Of a stretch of DNA of 64,000 nt, positions 39,128 through 52,759 are shown piece after piece. The notes beneath the pieces were generated by a model that was given only the letters and a program-made list of their open reading frames with translations, made no database searches and was not told the DNA's origin. The stretch is from contig CM059431.1 of assembly GCA_030390025.1 (NCBI GenBank), forward strand, positions 115,880,001 to 115,944,000, written 5' to 3'. A program made the position numbers and the translations under genes. The first letter of the stretch is position 1; every line of letters begins with the position of its first letter. The stretch comes from Squalus acanthias. Lineage: Eukaryota.

Positions 39128-39836
39128 GGCCCAAAAATTAGTGAGGGAGCCTTCGTGCGAGGGTAAGGCTCCCCGCGATCTCTCACTGCGCGCTGGCTTT
39201 TTCATTCCCAGCTCGCACGAACTTGATGTTCTGGATAGCAGCTGTGCTGGGCTTCCGTATCTCACAGGCGCAGTTAATTCGTGCGAGCTGTGGGATCACG
39301 TGACTCAGTTAGAGCCAATGGCAGCACACCATCTTTCATTCATAGCTTTCACAACAAGTGCTGTGAAAGCTATGAATCTATACCCCCCCAAAAGAACAGC
39401 TAAACCTCAATTAAATTTAAAAAAAACATCACATTAATAAAATAAGTATAGTTAAATAAATTAACCATTTTAAACAAAAAATTAAATTTTTGAAAAAGTT
39501 TAAAATCTTTTAAAAAGTTATAAAAATAAACTTACCTTTCTTTAAAGTCTCTAAAAAAGATATACCTGTTGAAAAAAATTCAAAATAATACTTAATTAAC
39601 TACTTACCTTGTTAAAAGAGGGTCTTACGCCTCCTTTCGTTATGTGCAAAATCTTCCATACTTACCTGCGCGTTCAAAGCACTAAGTGCACTGCACTTAG
39701 GAACCGCCCCCTTTTGAAATCACCAAGTGCCGGTTTTCAGCGCATGCGCAGTGCATGCAGAAAACCGGCAATTGGAGACAGAATACGCGAGAGTACACAA
39801 TGCGTACTCTCGCGTAGCAACACTAATTTTTGGGCC
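39128..39836. mobile_element. Harbinger-type MITE (family B)
   Basis: Perfect 16-bp TIR GGCCCAAAAATTAGTG / CACTAATTTTTGGGCC with ATT TSD. Confidence 0.88.
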
Positions 39837-39937
39837 ATTATATTGCACAAATTGACACAAATTCAGAGCATGTTTAGCAAACTGAATGATAATCTGACTC
39901 TTACCTATATTTACAGCAGAGTTTTATGAAAGACAAT

Positions 39938-40420
39938 GGGTCATAATTTGTGGCCCCTCAGGGTGCATACGAGGTGCGCACGCGCCCATAAGGGCCTCGC
40001 AAGTTCCGGGTTTAGGCATGCGCGGTGCATGCGCAAAAACCCGGAACTTGCGATCTGTCAAGAATTTTCTTGACAGATCCTCCGCATCCCTGCGGATAGG
40101 GCCTCCGCGGGCGGAGAGTTGGGCTATTTGCCCAACTTCTGCCCAGCGAATGCCCGCGAAATTCTTAAAGCAGGCGTAAAGCCTGCTTTTACCAGCGTAA
40201 GAGTTTTAAGAAAGAGAATAATAAAACATTTTCAATAATTTATACATTTAAGAACCTGTACAATAAGGTAAGTTTATTTTTAGCCCCTTTAAAACATGTA
40301 AAAAAAAATTTGGAAAAATTTAATTTGTTTTAAATATTTAATTAAATGCCATTTTAATTAATTTTAAATATGTGATGGTTTTTTAAAAATGGGCACAGAG
40401 GCCCAGGAGCACGAGTCCCC
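39938..40420. mobile_element. Partial family-B MITE
   Basis: Co-linear with 60725-61140, including the dyad ctgtcaaga-4-tcttgacag and aaggtaagtttatttttagcccc. Confidence 0.7.
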
Positions 40421-40649
40421 GTGGGTCCCCAGGCAGAAGGCAAGTTCGTAGATTTTTTGCCGGTTGGAGGCATCCGCCCAGCAAAAAGTTATGCAAATGA
40501 GGTAAGACCGGAAAATTGCGTGCTATTAGCACTTGAGATTCAGGTGGGTCTTGAAGCAGTGCAAACCAAATTAGATTGCTTTACATCTGAAGATGAAAAT
40601 CATCCCCTTTATATTTGAATAAAACATGTTAATTTTCTTCTGTGGCAGA

Positions 40650-41030
40650 GGTTGTGGGTTGAAGGCCCAATCCAGAAATTGAGGACAGAAAGTAAATTGT
40701 CACTCCAGTAAAGTACTGAGGGAGTGGTCCATTGCCAGAGGTGCTGTCCTTCAGATGATCTGTTAAACCAAGGCCACATTTGACTGGTCCAGTGCGTCAG
40801 CTGCAAGTTAAATAACCTGTGGCATTATTCAAAGAAAAGCACAATGTGTTCCAACAAGACCAGGTTAACTAGATATTCATCTTATTACTGGTGGTGGAAC
40901 TCTACTGTGTGAAATATGGTTTCCAATGCTTGCCTACATAATAAGTCACAGCACTTAAAATAATTCATTGCATCTGAAGTGCTTTGTTTCTGAGAGGCTC
41001 TATAAGGTGCTATATAAATGGAAGTCTTGC
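40650..41030 (+). mobile_element. Old Deu-domain SINE
   Basis: Degenerate head, core and tail gctatataaatggaagtcttg. Confidence 0.65.
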
Positions 41031-41280
41031 TTTTCTTTCCTTATCTCCTCATTGGATACATCTTGCAATAAACCATTCATCAACTGAGAGAAGGTGCGGG
41101 CGATCTCTGAGATCTTAGCCAATGTTGTAAGGATAATTAGCTTCAGAGTTAATTGTACAGAGCTGGACAGAGGTTGATTTGAGAATTCAAATATTATAAT
41201 AATAAAGTCTGAAGCTGTCGTATAGTGAATTCTGACTTCTTTTGTCAGAAGTACAAGGCTGGCAGAGCATGTCTACTGTA

Positions 41281-41468
41281 CATGATGCGGAGATGCCGGT
41301 GTTGGACTGGGGTGGACAAAAATGAGAAGTCGCACAACACCAGGTTATAGTCCAACAGTTTTATTTAAAATTACGAGCTCTACCTGACGAAGGAGCAGCA
41401 GCTCCGAAAGCTCGTAAATTTAAATAAAACTGTTGGACTATAACCTGGTGTTGTGCGACTTCTCATTT
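41281..41468. mobile_element. 188-bp fold-back Penelope derivative with a central hammerhead (41381-41416)
   Basis: 12-bp TSD ATGTCTACTGTA (41269-41280, 41469-41480). ~60-bp inverted arms nearly identical to the Penelope end at 23424-23519. Confidence 0.88.
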
Positions 41469-43921
41469 ATGTCTACTGTAGTAACTGTAAAATGCTTCCT
41501 CAGTTACGAGCCAAACTACTGGTGGGACCCACAGCACCAAGGACAGGAACTGAAGGCAGCATTATCCAGTACTCATCAGCTACTACAGAGAAGGATTTCT
41601 TTATAGCAGAATTTACCATTCCACTGATACACTTGAAAGGAGCAGCAGACTAATTAGGAGTATGACCTTGAAATTACACTGTGCAAAGATCAGCATCTAG
41701 TGCTTAACATGTTTGCATGCAGTAACCTTTAGCATTAGCCCATTTATTTTGCAAGTTAACACCTCGGTTAAAATAACAGACAAAGGAGTTGCATTGAAAT
41801 TGCATTAAGTATTTGTATGCTAATCTTTACACAGTGTAATTCTAAAGCCTGTTTATTCATCCTGGAAGATAAGATTTGATATATAAAGGCAATACGTGTG
41901 GGTTCTCTCGTTATGAAAACTTAATGAAGAAAAATGATTGCTGCATACATCAGGGGAGATTGGTTGAGGTCCCTAGCTTGTCGGAAATGGAGCAGGAGTG
42001 CTCCTCCTGGCCCTCAGGAACATTTAACAAAGCATTTAAAAATCACTGACCTGGGCCTCCTTGGCTAGGAGCCTTGCTGCTGCCCAGTTTTGAAGCAGGC
42101 TGGAGCCTGTATGGGCCTTAGGCAGGCCTGCGGTTCAAATAGTGTGTGTGTCCCGCTGACATCATAGGGACGTGTCATTGCCGTTTAAATTAGGGCCCGG
42201 TTCCTCTGAGGCAGGCGGCCTTCCTGTGCCTGAATTGGGGCTAGTAAAAATGGTAGGGGGATTGAACGCGCCGGGAACATGGCGCAAACACCCCCCCCCC
42301 CCCACCCCGTCCCGCCATCTTAACCCCAAATCCGCACAATTCCCACCTGGGGCAGGTGGGGGGTGGGGGTGGTTAAAATTAGGCCTTAAATATTTGTCAA
42401 GGAAGAATCAAATGTTAAGTCTAGTATCTTAGTAATGTATTAAAATGATGGGGACACATGGAAAAGGGGCACAAGATGCCTGTTAAAATGATGCGGGGCC
42501 CGTGTGCAGCATGGCTGGTATTTTAACCCACCTCGTACGCCCCATTCTCATCGGAAACCGGGGGTTAAAGTCAGGGCTTAACTGTGTGGATGAAAGGGCT
42601 CTCTGTGTTTCGCAGGGCCTTCATTTCTCTGGCATTTTTTTCCCCCTGTTACAAAAACACTTACAAAGGTCATGCATTTTTGTTATCTACTCCTAACATA
42701 AATGGAAGCTGCAGGGGGCCTGTGTTAGCAGTCTGAGTGAGAACTAAAGGGGCTCCAATGTTTGTTTGTAGAGTGTTGCTAGCTGTGTGGTCCTGCTGAC
42801 ATCGCGTGACATTAATTGGAATTTGGCTTCCGTGTCAAGTTTTCCAATCAGTTTTAAAGGCTTGTCTAAATTGTCAGCAGCAAGAAAGTGCCCACAATTA
42901 TTGGATTAGAGCCACAGAAAATCCGGCCTTTACCTCGCAACGCAAAACTTAAAAAGAAAACAAGGAATTCAGGAGAAAAAAATAAAATCAAGAAGCAGCT
43001 TGCAACTGCGAAAGTAAAATATTTTCTCTGCTGGCTTGCTCACCTCCCCATGTAAATAAAACAAGGGGCATAGTTCTAATATGGATATCGTTGTTAAGAA
43101 GGCTTTTGGCAGTTTTAAACAATAATGATGAATGGATAAAAACAGAAAATGCTGGAAATATATAGCAGGTACATTGGCATCTGAACTTACATGGCAACCG
43201 TGAGCGGTTTGGGACAATGCCCCCCGGACCCCCTAGATACGCATCACCAATTTTGTTTCTTCAACATCTGCATTTACCCCTTAAGGCTTTCGTGTACTTA
43301 AGTCTTTTTTTTTGCTTGGATACAAGTGAAAGAATATCAACTATGCCTAGAGCTTAAGTTACAGAGTCTATGTCATAGGCTTATACTCAGGGCTTTGCTT
43401 GAGTCGTCAGCCTTTGAGAGGCTGTGTCTCCTTTATTTGAAGCAGTTGGCCAACTTTTACTAGTTTTCTTTTAGAATTGGTAAGTATGTCTGGAGCGCCT
43501 TTCGTCAAAACTGCTCACATTCGCATCAGTAGGAGGTGCTGGACTGGAGATGGGATTATGTATCATTGGAGGATTAAAATAAGATGAGCAATACTCTGCA
43601 TTTGTCCTATATTATAGCTGACCTGCTAGCGTCTGATACCTGTACTGAGTAGCAAAAATTGAAGCATAGAGGAAGTTCAGAAGACTTCACGCCTGGCATG
43701 GAGCCTCACTAGAAGGAAGGGCTTCTCGGAAAACCGGATTTCAAAAGTGCTGACACTTCGATTCAGGCAGTCTGACCTTTGTACCCAAATCCCTGATTCG
43801 CCATCCCGTCGAGCTCTACCTCTGGAGTGTAACTTTGTTGAATTTACCCTTATGTTCCATTCCTCAGCTATTGTTCCAAATCATGAAACGTCAATAGAGT
43901 TTGGCATTGAATATACATTTT

Positions 43922-44530
43922 GGGCTAAAAATTGAGTAGCGCCCCATTTGGGGTGCTAGCGCCCCGGAAAAATTAGCACACCCTTGCGGGAAATTGAGTG
44001 GTTGCGCCCCAAGAGGGAAGTGGGGCACTACTGCGAGTCAATATAGCAGCACTACGCTGCGGCACGTCGCGCCACGGTATTGCAGGCCTTCCTCCCCTTC
44101 TTAAAAGGGAGGGGCTTTGTGCAGCACGACCCGGGGCCCAGCTGGGCCCCCGGGGATTGGGAGTGCCGGCAAAAGAACCCAGCACTCAAGAGAAGTGCCG
44201 GGCTCTTGGAGCGCAGCCGGCACTCCGCGAGGGGGGGTGGGCGCTTCAGGAGGCCGGGGACGGGAGCGCAGGCAGGTGCTGGCAGGCGGCCAGCAGCAAA
44301 AATGGCCACCCCACACCGTGCCTTTAAATTGCGCCTCCCCTGCCGCAGGTAGGTTCTCCTGACCCCGTCGGACATAGCGTCCAGCGGTAAGTCAGGGGGC
44401 GCTCCCGAAGATTGCAGCTGGGGTGTGAGCGGGGCGCTGCGCATGGCGATGACATCATCGGCGGCGGCGCAGCGCCACGGGGCGCTACCAGGCGCTAACG
44501 GGAGGCGCAAAGCAACCAAATTTCTAGGCC
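43922..44530. mobile_element. GC-rich MITE (family A)
   Basis: High similarity to 21478-22220. Confidence 0.85.
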
Positions 44531-44723
44531 ATAGATTCAAAATTCACCTGGGGGTGGAATTCTGGCACTAAATTTCAGCCGGCCATTATACACCCCGCTC
44601 GATTCTCCTTTCAACTGACTTTAAAGAAATTAAAATTGGGTGGGTTGTATAACGGGCAGTCAATCCGCTACCGCCAGTTTTCCACCCCCACGGAAATTGA
44701 AAATTACCCCCATTTCTTTCCAG

Positions 44724-45486
44724 GGGAGAAATTCATTATAGCCCCGTTTGGGGCACTAACTTTTAAACGTTGAAAACATTAGCGCCAGGCACTAATGGCA
44801 CTAATGTTTTTCAACTTTTAAAAAGTTCGGTTTTGCGCTCCAGGAAGGAAGTGAAGCGCTATATCAAGCGTTACACTTCTTTCCTGGAGCGCAACAGGCA
44901 GCAGGCGGGGCGGTAGGTGAGCAGCATTGTACACTGGGCCGTGCAGCGCTGCCCCGTTGGAAGGTTCCTTCTCTCCCTTAAAGGGAAGGGCCGTCGCTGC
45001 AGGCTCTGCAAGGGGAAAACTTACCTGGTCCCCGACGGCAGCCATGATCCAGCCCGATCAGCCCAATGCACTGCAGCAGAGTGCTGGGCTGAGCGTGTGC
45101 TGGGGAAAGAAGGAAAAAAAACAGAAAACGAGCATTTGATTATTTTTTTCCCGACCTCGGCCACCTTGCCTTTAACTATCGCCCCCGAAGCTCCTGGCCT
45201 CCCGATGAATGCCTCCTGCAGCTGCCGGAGCTGTCACCCGGCGATGCTGCAGGGGGCGGAACCGAAGTTCGGGTCCGGGGCGCAAAGGGGCGATGCGCAC
45301 AGCGATGACGTCACGATCTCCGGGCGAAGGAGATTGGGGCACAACGCCATACCGCCGCCGCAACCCTCCCGCCAAATTTAGCGGGAGATGATATTCTTGC
45401 CGCGCCCGGGCGGTAAGTGGTTAGCGCACCGTTATCGGCCCCCCAGAGGCGATAACGGGAGGCACAAAGGTACCCAATTTCTCCCC
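44724..45486. mobile_element. GC-rich MITE (family A variant)
   Basis: TIRs gggagaaatt / aatttctccc with CAG TSD. Confidence 0.8.
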
Positions 45487-46540
45487 CAGTCTCTGTGCTC
45501 CAGAAATTGCAACTCATTCAAAACGCTCCGGCCCGTTCCACAATCACATTCCCCCTCTTTCCTTTCCAAATTCCATTCGGTCCCCCTGCCCCAGTGAGTT
45601 GACTTCAAGATTCTCATTCTCACTTTCTTTGCTAAATTGCAATCACTTCCAGCAATATATCCTTGCAGGCACATTCCATCCCTCTCACACCAGGTTACTT
45701 CTTGTTCCCTGCTTTTTCTGATCCATCATTCGCGGTTGCTCTGCCCCTGCTCTCTGGAATGCCCTCCCTAGAGTTACCCTCTGTCTAGTCTCCACCCTTC
45801 CTGCATTTCAAAACTTCCTTCTAACCCTTCTCTTTAACCTTTGCCCTCCAAACTTCTCCATTTTTCCTATTTACTTCATGCTCATCCTGTACCACTTCCC
45901 CATCTCAATATAATGGACTCTGACTTGCCCCCTTGTACACGTGGAGTACTTAAAAAAGTAAGTTCTCGCTATTTCAACATAACAGTTCACTGAAACTTTT
46001 AGTTATTTTTTTATAGTTCTTTCTCATCTTGTATATTATTTTCATCCCATTAATTTCCCTTTGCACCATGCACCTTCTCATAACCAAGAGGCAACCTTCT
46101 CTCAGCCACCTGCCATTTGTGCTCCAAAACATGATGTCAAGAGTTGTGTGAGAGTGGCTAAGGTTGGCTCTCTTTTACACTTGGGCAACAGTTCATCCTT
46201 TTGAGTTTTCCCTCATCTCTCGACTGAACTGGCTCCCACCTCCCCAAGCCAAAATCTCTAAACTATTTAAAGACAAGGACATTAGCATAATTTTTACAGC
46301 AGTCATGAGTGTTTACTAATTTGCTGCTAAGGAACCTCACCACAAATTTCTTTGAATTCTGGGTTCCCTAATTGTGAACTTTTGGCAGATAAACAATCTT
46401 GAACCTCGACAGGGATTTGACAAATCATTTGACTGATTTGAGATTGCTTTGCAGTTTATTAATTCCTTGTTTATGTTTAAACAAAAATACTTTTTGTTTG
46501 TCTAAATTCAGCATTGAAAAATTTGTCTTATGACTAAAAG

Positions 46541-46714
46541 GGGGTGAAATTGGTCTTTGATGATCGCGCAACATGAAGGATAACGAATCGACAGCCCATT
46601 TTATCCCATGCCCAAGTTTCTTTGCAATGGAAAACAAAATCAGACGCGGTGTAAAGCGGGCTGTCGATTTACTACCACTCGTTCAGTGCTATCGCCGAAG
46701 ACCAATTTCACCCC
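46541..46714. mobile_element. Short MITE (family D)
   Basis: TIRs ggggtgaaattggtctt / aagaccaatttcacccc; AAG on both flanks. Confidence 0.75.
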
Positions 46715-49299
46715 CAAGTCCTTACAGACTGACATTTGCTGTTTTTTAACTGTATATACTAAAATATTAATTTGCAACCATCGTGCGGATATATTGCCAA
46801 TTGAACCTTGTATATGGCTTAACAATATTTGCTAGTGGCGTAATTCATCCTTTTCCATAGTGCACATGACCTGTTACATTTAGAACATGCCGACAACAAT
46901 TAAAATTATTTTAATATGTTTTTCGCAGCAATCCAAGAATTAAAAGATTGAAATTGGAAACATCAAAAATATTGTAGTTATGTAGTTTTAGGGTCCATAT
47001 GTTGTCATGCAAGAATAAGTATTTTGGTAAACGTAAAAGTTAGTTCATTATTGTTTCGCGTCTCAAAATGAAAAACTGCAGTTTTGTTTCCTAGAACAGT
47101 GCCTCCTCAGTGACATTGAACATGGTTTCACTATCAGTACCATTTTCAATGTCAGTCAGCCACTTCTTTGTAAGTGGTCATTAATTAATGGCTCGACTTA
47201 ACAATGTGAGGAGGACAACTGCTAACAAAGTCTTGTCAGGACTGATCTACTTTTGGAGACTTTTGGATCACAGCTATCCATCTTGTCATTGAATTCCAAC
47301 AACATATAGGTGCACCAGCTGTAGCGTGTATTTATATACTCCTCATCCATCACTATATTTAAACAGTGGTCAATTAATCAAAAAGAAAAATTGATGGACA
47401 TGGTTTAGTCATCGTTCTTGTGAGCATTCTTCAATTTCTGTCATTCATTTTAGGGCCATATATCACAAGATTATGAAATGTGAGAGGTATATGATATTGT
47501 TAATGGTTAGTTAATAGAGGACATGATGGGGATAGAGCATCACCCTGGATTTATCTTCAGAGTAATTAGCCTGAATGATGTACTTCTAGCCTGTATCCAG
47601 AAATACTAAAACCAGAATTATCACGAAATATATAAAATTGTAATAAATAGATGAATATTGTTTATATATTAACTAATCTCCCATGGTGTTGCTCATGAGC
47701 AGTCAGGGCTGTGGAACACAGTTGTTGTTTCAGATGGTTCCATTGCAAGCCAGTGAGCACAGCAATGCTCTGAGAGGTGGAGGTACAAGTCAAAGCCTCT
47801 CCTAGTTCCTCCAGCCCTACATGCCAGTACTTTGCCCTCCACTCTTCTGACTCTGGCCTCCTTTTCATCCTCCCTTTCTTCCACTCCATCGTTCATGGCA
47901 GAGCCTTGAACTGTCTTGCCATTCCACTCTGGAATTGCTTTCTTCAAACCCATCTGCCTTTACTGCGCGAGCAGTGAAGGTGAAAGTTCACCCCATGGTC
48001 TGCTTACAGAAACTGCGAGAAAACACTTCCAGGAGAAAACAATGTTGGAAAAAGCTCAAACCATAACAAATGTCTTCTCCAATTGCCCACTTAATCATAA
48101 TGCCATGTGCGCATTGCAGATAATATTTTGGTTCACCCTGACCTATTTACGCTACAGGAGAGTCAGTCTGTACACTGATGATTAGTTTTTGTTGTTTTTA
48201 GTTTCATTAAAGCAGCATATTTCAAGCTACAACATTAGCCTTTCATTACCTGGAACAAAATTCAGCTGCAACAAATTAAAGTCTAAGACAATGGGCCATA
48301 CCATCCTGAAGCATGCATGTCAAAATTACTGATTATAAGAAATAGATTGCCATTGAAATCAATGGAAATGGAAATCCCACAGTTCCTATAATAGGTGGCC
48401 AATCCACAATGCAAGTTTACACTCATGAGGTAAGTTGAAAATCTATCCATTGAGTTTGAACAGTATTGTTTCAAATGTGGTATTTAGGTTAGAATGCAGC
48501 CCACATTGACAGGATGAATGTTACCTTTCTGTTTGATGGCCATACAGGTCAAAGTAAAATTAATTTTAACAAAATGACAAACCAGTTGCTGGAGAGCATT
48601 AGGCCACAATAGAAAATTCAGCAGTAAAATGACTACGCCATTCATAGAAGACATTAAGATAGATAGCATGTGATAAACTGTCATGTAGAAAGTATGAAAG
48701 AAATCAGATAAGGAAGAAAATTCGAAAGAAAGCAAACAAAAATAAATTATATTTATACAATACCTTATCACACTCTCTGAAACTTCCCAAAATGCTTCAC
48801 ATAAAATTAATCATATAAAATCAATTGAAGTGCAATTATTGTTTTATGTAGGTAAATAAAGCAGCCATTTTGCTCACACCAATGCATTGAATGACCAAAT
48901 TATCTAGTTTGGTGGTGCTACTTGGAGAAGAGTGTTGGCCAGGGCACTGGGAGAATTCCCTGCGAGACAGCCACTGGAACCACCGAACAGGGAGACCGAG
49001 CCCAAGTTTAACATCTATTGTGAAGAATGCCACTCTTACAATTCAGGCTCCCTTTCCCAATATGCCTTATTTGTGCCCATCACAACAGGTGGCTTCCATT
49101 GGTGCCCCCACACTTGCTATGAACGGAAACTTTAACTTGATGGCTCTGAAATTCCAAAGGGGTTCTCCTAATTTCCCACCATAATGTTGGTGGGGGATTA
49201 CAGAAACCCCAGAGAAATAGTGTAAGTGTCATTTCATAAGAACCCTGTGGCATTTACAGGCCGAAGTGTTAAAAGTATAGGACGTAGTGATCAATGGGC

Positions 49300-51240
49300 A
49301 AAAGTTTGACTTTTCTAGAGAAGTAATTTTATGATTTCTCGCTCCCAGTTTGGAACTTTACCTGCCAAGATTGTAAATCGAGAAGGTCGATACAAAGGTC
49401 AGATGTCCCTGCAGGATTCGCCATACATCATGACTCTGGTAGCAGTATGATTGATGGAAGATGACTCATCAGGCAGTGTAACTGCTTCAGATTCTTCATA
49501 AGGAATAGTGAAGCAATCAATGGCACCTAATGATGATGGAGGGTTGGGCTGAGGAATGCCTTGAACATTCACTGTAGAGGGCTCTCTACCTTCCACAGGA
49601 GCACTAAAATAAATGTGACCAGAGCTGTATGACATCAGGAATGGTCTACTTACTTGGGATCCAACATGGCTCCTGTGTAGCTCTTACTTAGGTCCCTGAT
49701 AGTAGCATCTCCTCGTGACCATCATTGATATTTTTGAGAACAGCAAAGTGTGTATCTATAAGGTGAGCAAAACTCTCACATGACCTGCAGTATTCTTTCT
49801 CCAAGAGCATATAGGCCTAACTGTTGATTTTTCTGGACAGTAAATCCCATGATAAATATAGCATCACTGACAGCAATGTGAATCAATGCTCGTATGTTGT
49901 TTAATCCCTGGGCCAATGAAGTTTCAATTTCAGTCAACCATTGTTCCAATTCATAAAGGATGATAGAGGAGGATATATGCACATACTCAGCAATGGCAGT
50001 CTTAAAGGAGATGTCACCATTCTGCAATTTCTTTTCCACTATAATATGCATTGGTGGCCACAACACTATTCAACTTGTCATTGGTATTCTACGACCATCA
50101 GTTTGAAGGTGGCCCTAATGATCTCAGTACATACAACTCTTTTGGGGCTCATGTCTAGGACATCTGTAACCCCTCACTGGAATCTCCAAATTACATTCAA
50201 CTTATGGAATCACTGGCTGATATATCCATTAGTCTCTGTGACCGGCTCCAGCAAATTTCTATGACAGTCTCTTTGATCTTCCCTAGCCCACCACCCATAG
50301 TCCTGTATACCAATTGATTTAAGGTTTGAGTTCTCTTCTCGATGCCAGGTAGTTGCACGAAGGAAAGGCAAGACTTCTAACTTTCACCACAGCACTGACA
50401 GAAGTGCAGCAGAGTTTTCATCCCCACAGCTTGATACCACAGTCATTGTTGGCTATCTCATGGTATAACAGGAGCACAAAGAGAGCGCAGCCCAAGAACC
50501 AGGGGCAGCGTTATGGCCCTGCAATTGCACGGGGTCCCAAGCCAGTCAGGGGCCTCGAGTGGATCCAGTCCCCATAACCAGCCGTCACTGGCAGCATTGG
50601 TCAGTCCAGGCTGAGATCTCAGATCAATATACTCTGTTTCTTCATGCCTAGTCAGTATGGATCATCCCTCTCACCAGCAAAGTCAAGGGAAGCATTAGGG
50701 CCGTGCAACATACCCCAAGTGGATCCTTTCCCTAATCCTAACCTTTGAAGTGGGCCTCCACAAAGCAAACACTGACCCTGGCTGAGACCACAAAGGAAGG
50801 ATGCTTGTATTTGACAATTGAAGCAACAATTCATTTTTTTAAAACCTGAATTTTGGAGCATAGTGACGCTGCATTCTAAATCTGACCGTGATTGTCAGGC
50901 GTCTGGATCATAACCCCTCACCGATACCCACAGCATGAGGTTTCGGAGAATGATAGCAAAATCTGCCACAGATTGCCCGGCTGTTGGAGGGAGGGGTTTT
51001 AGTTTTGGCTTCAATGCACCCTTTGTCAACACAAAGGATACATTTGGGAATGGATTTGTGGCCCCAAGGTACAAATGGGTATAAAAGTCACCCTGAGGGG
51101 AGGGAGACAATGGTGCACATGGAGCTCTCAGACCCAAAGACTTGTCCCACAGTGTTCCTCATCCGTCTACAACAATCTACAAATGACCCCTGCCTACCCA
51201 CCACAGCAGAGAACTGCCCACTTACAGAGATTTGGCTTCC
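49300..51240 (-). pseudogene. Decayed coding-like segment, possibly a retroelement or viral envelope (uncertain)
   Basis: Run of minus-strand ORFs (51137-50895 and 50861-50652 in the same frame, 50066-49776, 49635-49399) with Cys-rich, amphipathic and FxxP...IPxP segments. Matches none of the local repeats. Confidence 0.3.
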
Positions 51241-51264
51241 ATGACCCCAACCAGAAATAAACTC

Positions 51265-51437
51265 CTCCAGCCCTACAACCCTCCGAGAACTCTGTGTTCC
51301 TCCAATGCTGGCCTCTTGTGCATCCCCAATTTCCTTCGCCCCACCATTGGTGGCCGTGCCTTCAGTTGTCTAGGCCCCAAGCTCTGGAATTCCCTCCATA
51401 GACCTCTCTACCTCTCCCTCCTCCTTTAAGATGCTCC
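51265..51437 (+). mobile_element. L2 3' fragment
   Basis: LQPYNPPRTLCSS...GGRAFSCLGPKLWNSL motif. Confidence 0.75.
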
Positions 51438-52759
51438 ATTTGTATTAATTTCTACCTCTTTTGTTCTAGTTTTTACCCATGTCCCACTGTCCTCCAGCTG
51501 CCCTGTAACTTAACAGTGCTCAGGATTAAGTTTTCCTATTCCCCTTCTGATCTTCTACCTTTCTTTGATTGCATTGAGAATGCTAATGTCGAGTCGATGT
51601 GAAAGCGGTTTGGCTTCACTAACTCTCCAATTCTCAGCCTGGAAGCAGTATCAGGGCCCGAACAGACAACTGTAGGAAGCTGGGAGGGGTGTGGTCCAAT
51701 GGCAATTTACTTTTTAAGTAAATTTGCTTTTTACTTTCTAAAGTGAAATCTCCCCACTGAGTGCAATGTTGTATCTACAGGGATAGAAATTGATATGCAT
51801 TGCACCTGTTTTTTTGGGCGTTCAAATTTAGTAGTGGGACAGCCTGCGCCCAATTCCTGGGGTCCTTCTTTTAGATGGCAAAACAGGCATTTAAAAACAG
51901 GACCTTTAAATATGTAAATTATGGACCTAAAGCCTGAGGATGGTCAAGCGCATCAGAATGTTTTACCCTAAAGATTTGTGATGATTTGGAGGTGCGATGA
52001 CTTTGAAAGGTGTGATGCAATGACCATGTGCTAGATGCAAGACTTCTAATTAAATAAATAGATGTTATCCTATCCAAGAGTTGACATTTTCCAGGATTGG
52101 TACTTACTAGAGCTCTTGTACATTTTGCAGGAAAAATAAAAGACCTGATAACATTATAGATCCACTTTAAAATAAAGATTATTTTGTTCATCGTCTTTAT
52201 TAATCCTACTTCTGATGAATGTTAAAATACAGTTTTGAAGCAAAACAATGTAACAGTCTGTGTTATGCTTGTGGGATTAACTTCAAGTATTAGACGCCTA
52301 TGTTTGACAAACTAGTAATGTGAGATGGCGACTAATCATTAAAACGGAGGCTGAGCACTAAACACTGACAGATAACCTTTGACCCCTAGTTCCGGTCTCA
52401 GTAGGCAGCACATTCCAATTTTAAAGTGAAACATTATATCACTGAAAGGTTTACTTTTTAAAAGAAGTGATAATGTATGAATGTTGGTAGAAGATGGGGT
52501 GGGGTATAGGGAGGGTGATAGTTTAAGATTCCCCGCACTTAGAAAAGAAAATGCATCCCAACGAATATTTATCTATTAGGCCGTGTTCTCACAGAACTAT
52601 CGAATATGAGTCAGAAATTAACATGTCAAATGAGATAGAGAATAGAAGAAAATGTTTTTCACCATAGAGTAACAAATACGTGAAATAGAGAAAAGGAATA
52701 CTTGCTATGTTGAAAACTTTAAAGAAGAGTTGGATAAATATTAGGTCAAAAACATGATT

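Noticed and set aside
42780..42930. Possible conserved enhancer (TAAT/TGAC-rich unique sequence)
   Set aside because: Cannot be assessed without cross-species alignment, and short motifs are common by chance.
48524..48680. Minus-strand hydrophobic exon candidate (VYHMLSILMSS...KQK)
   Set aside because: Splice signals are plausible, but the peptide is typical of translated T-rich DNA and has no recognisable motif.
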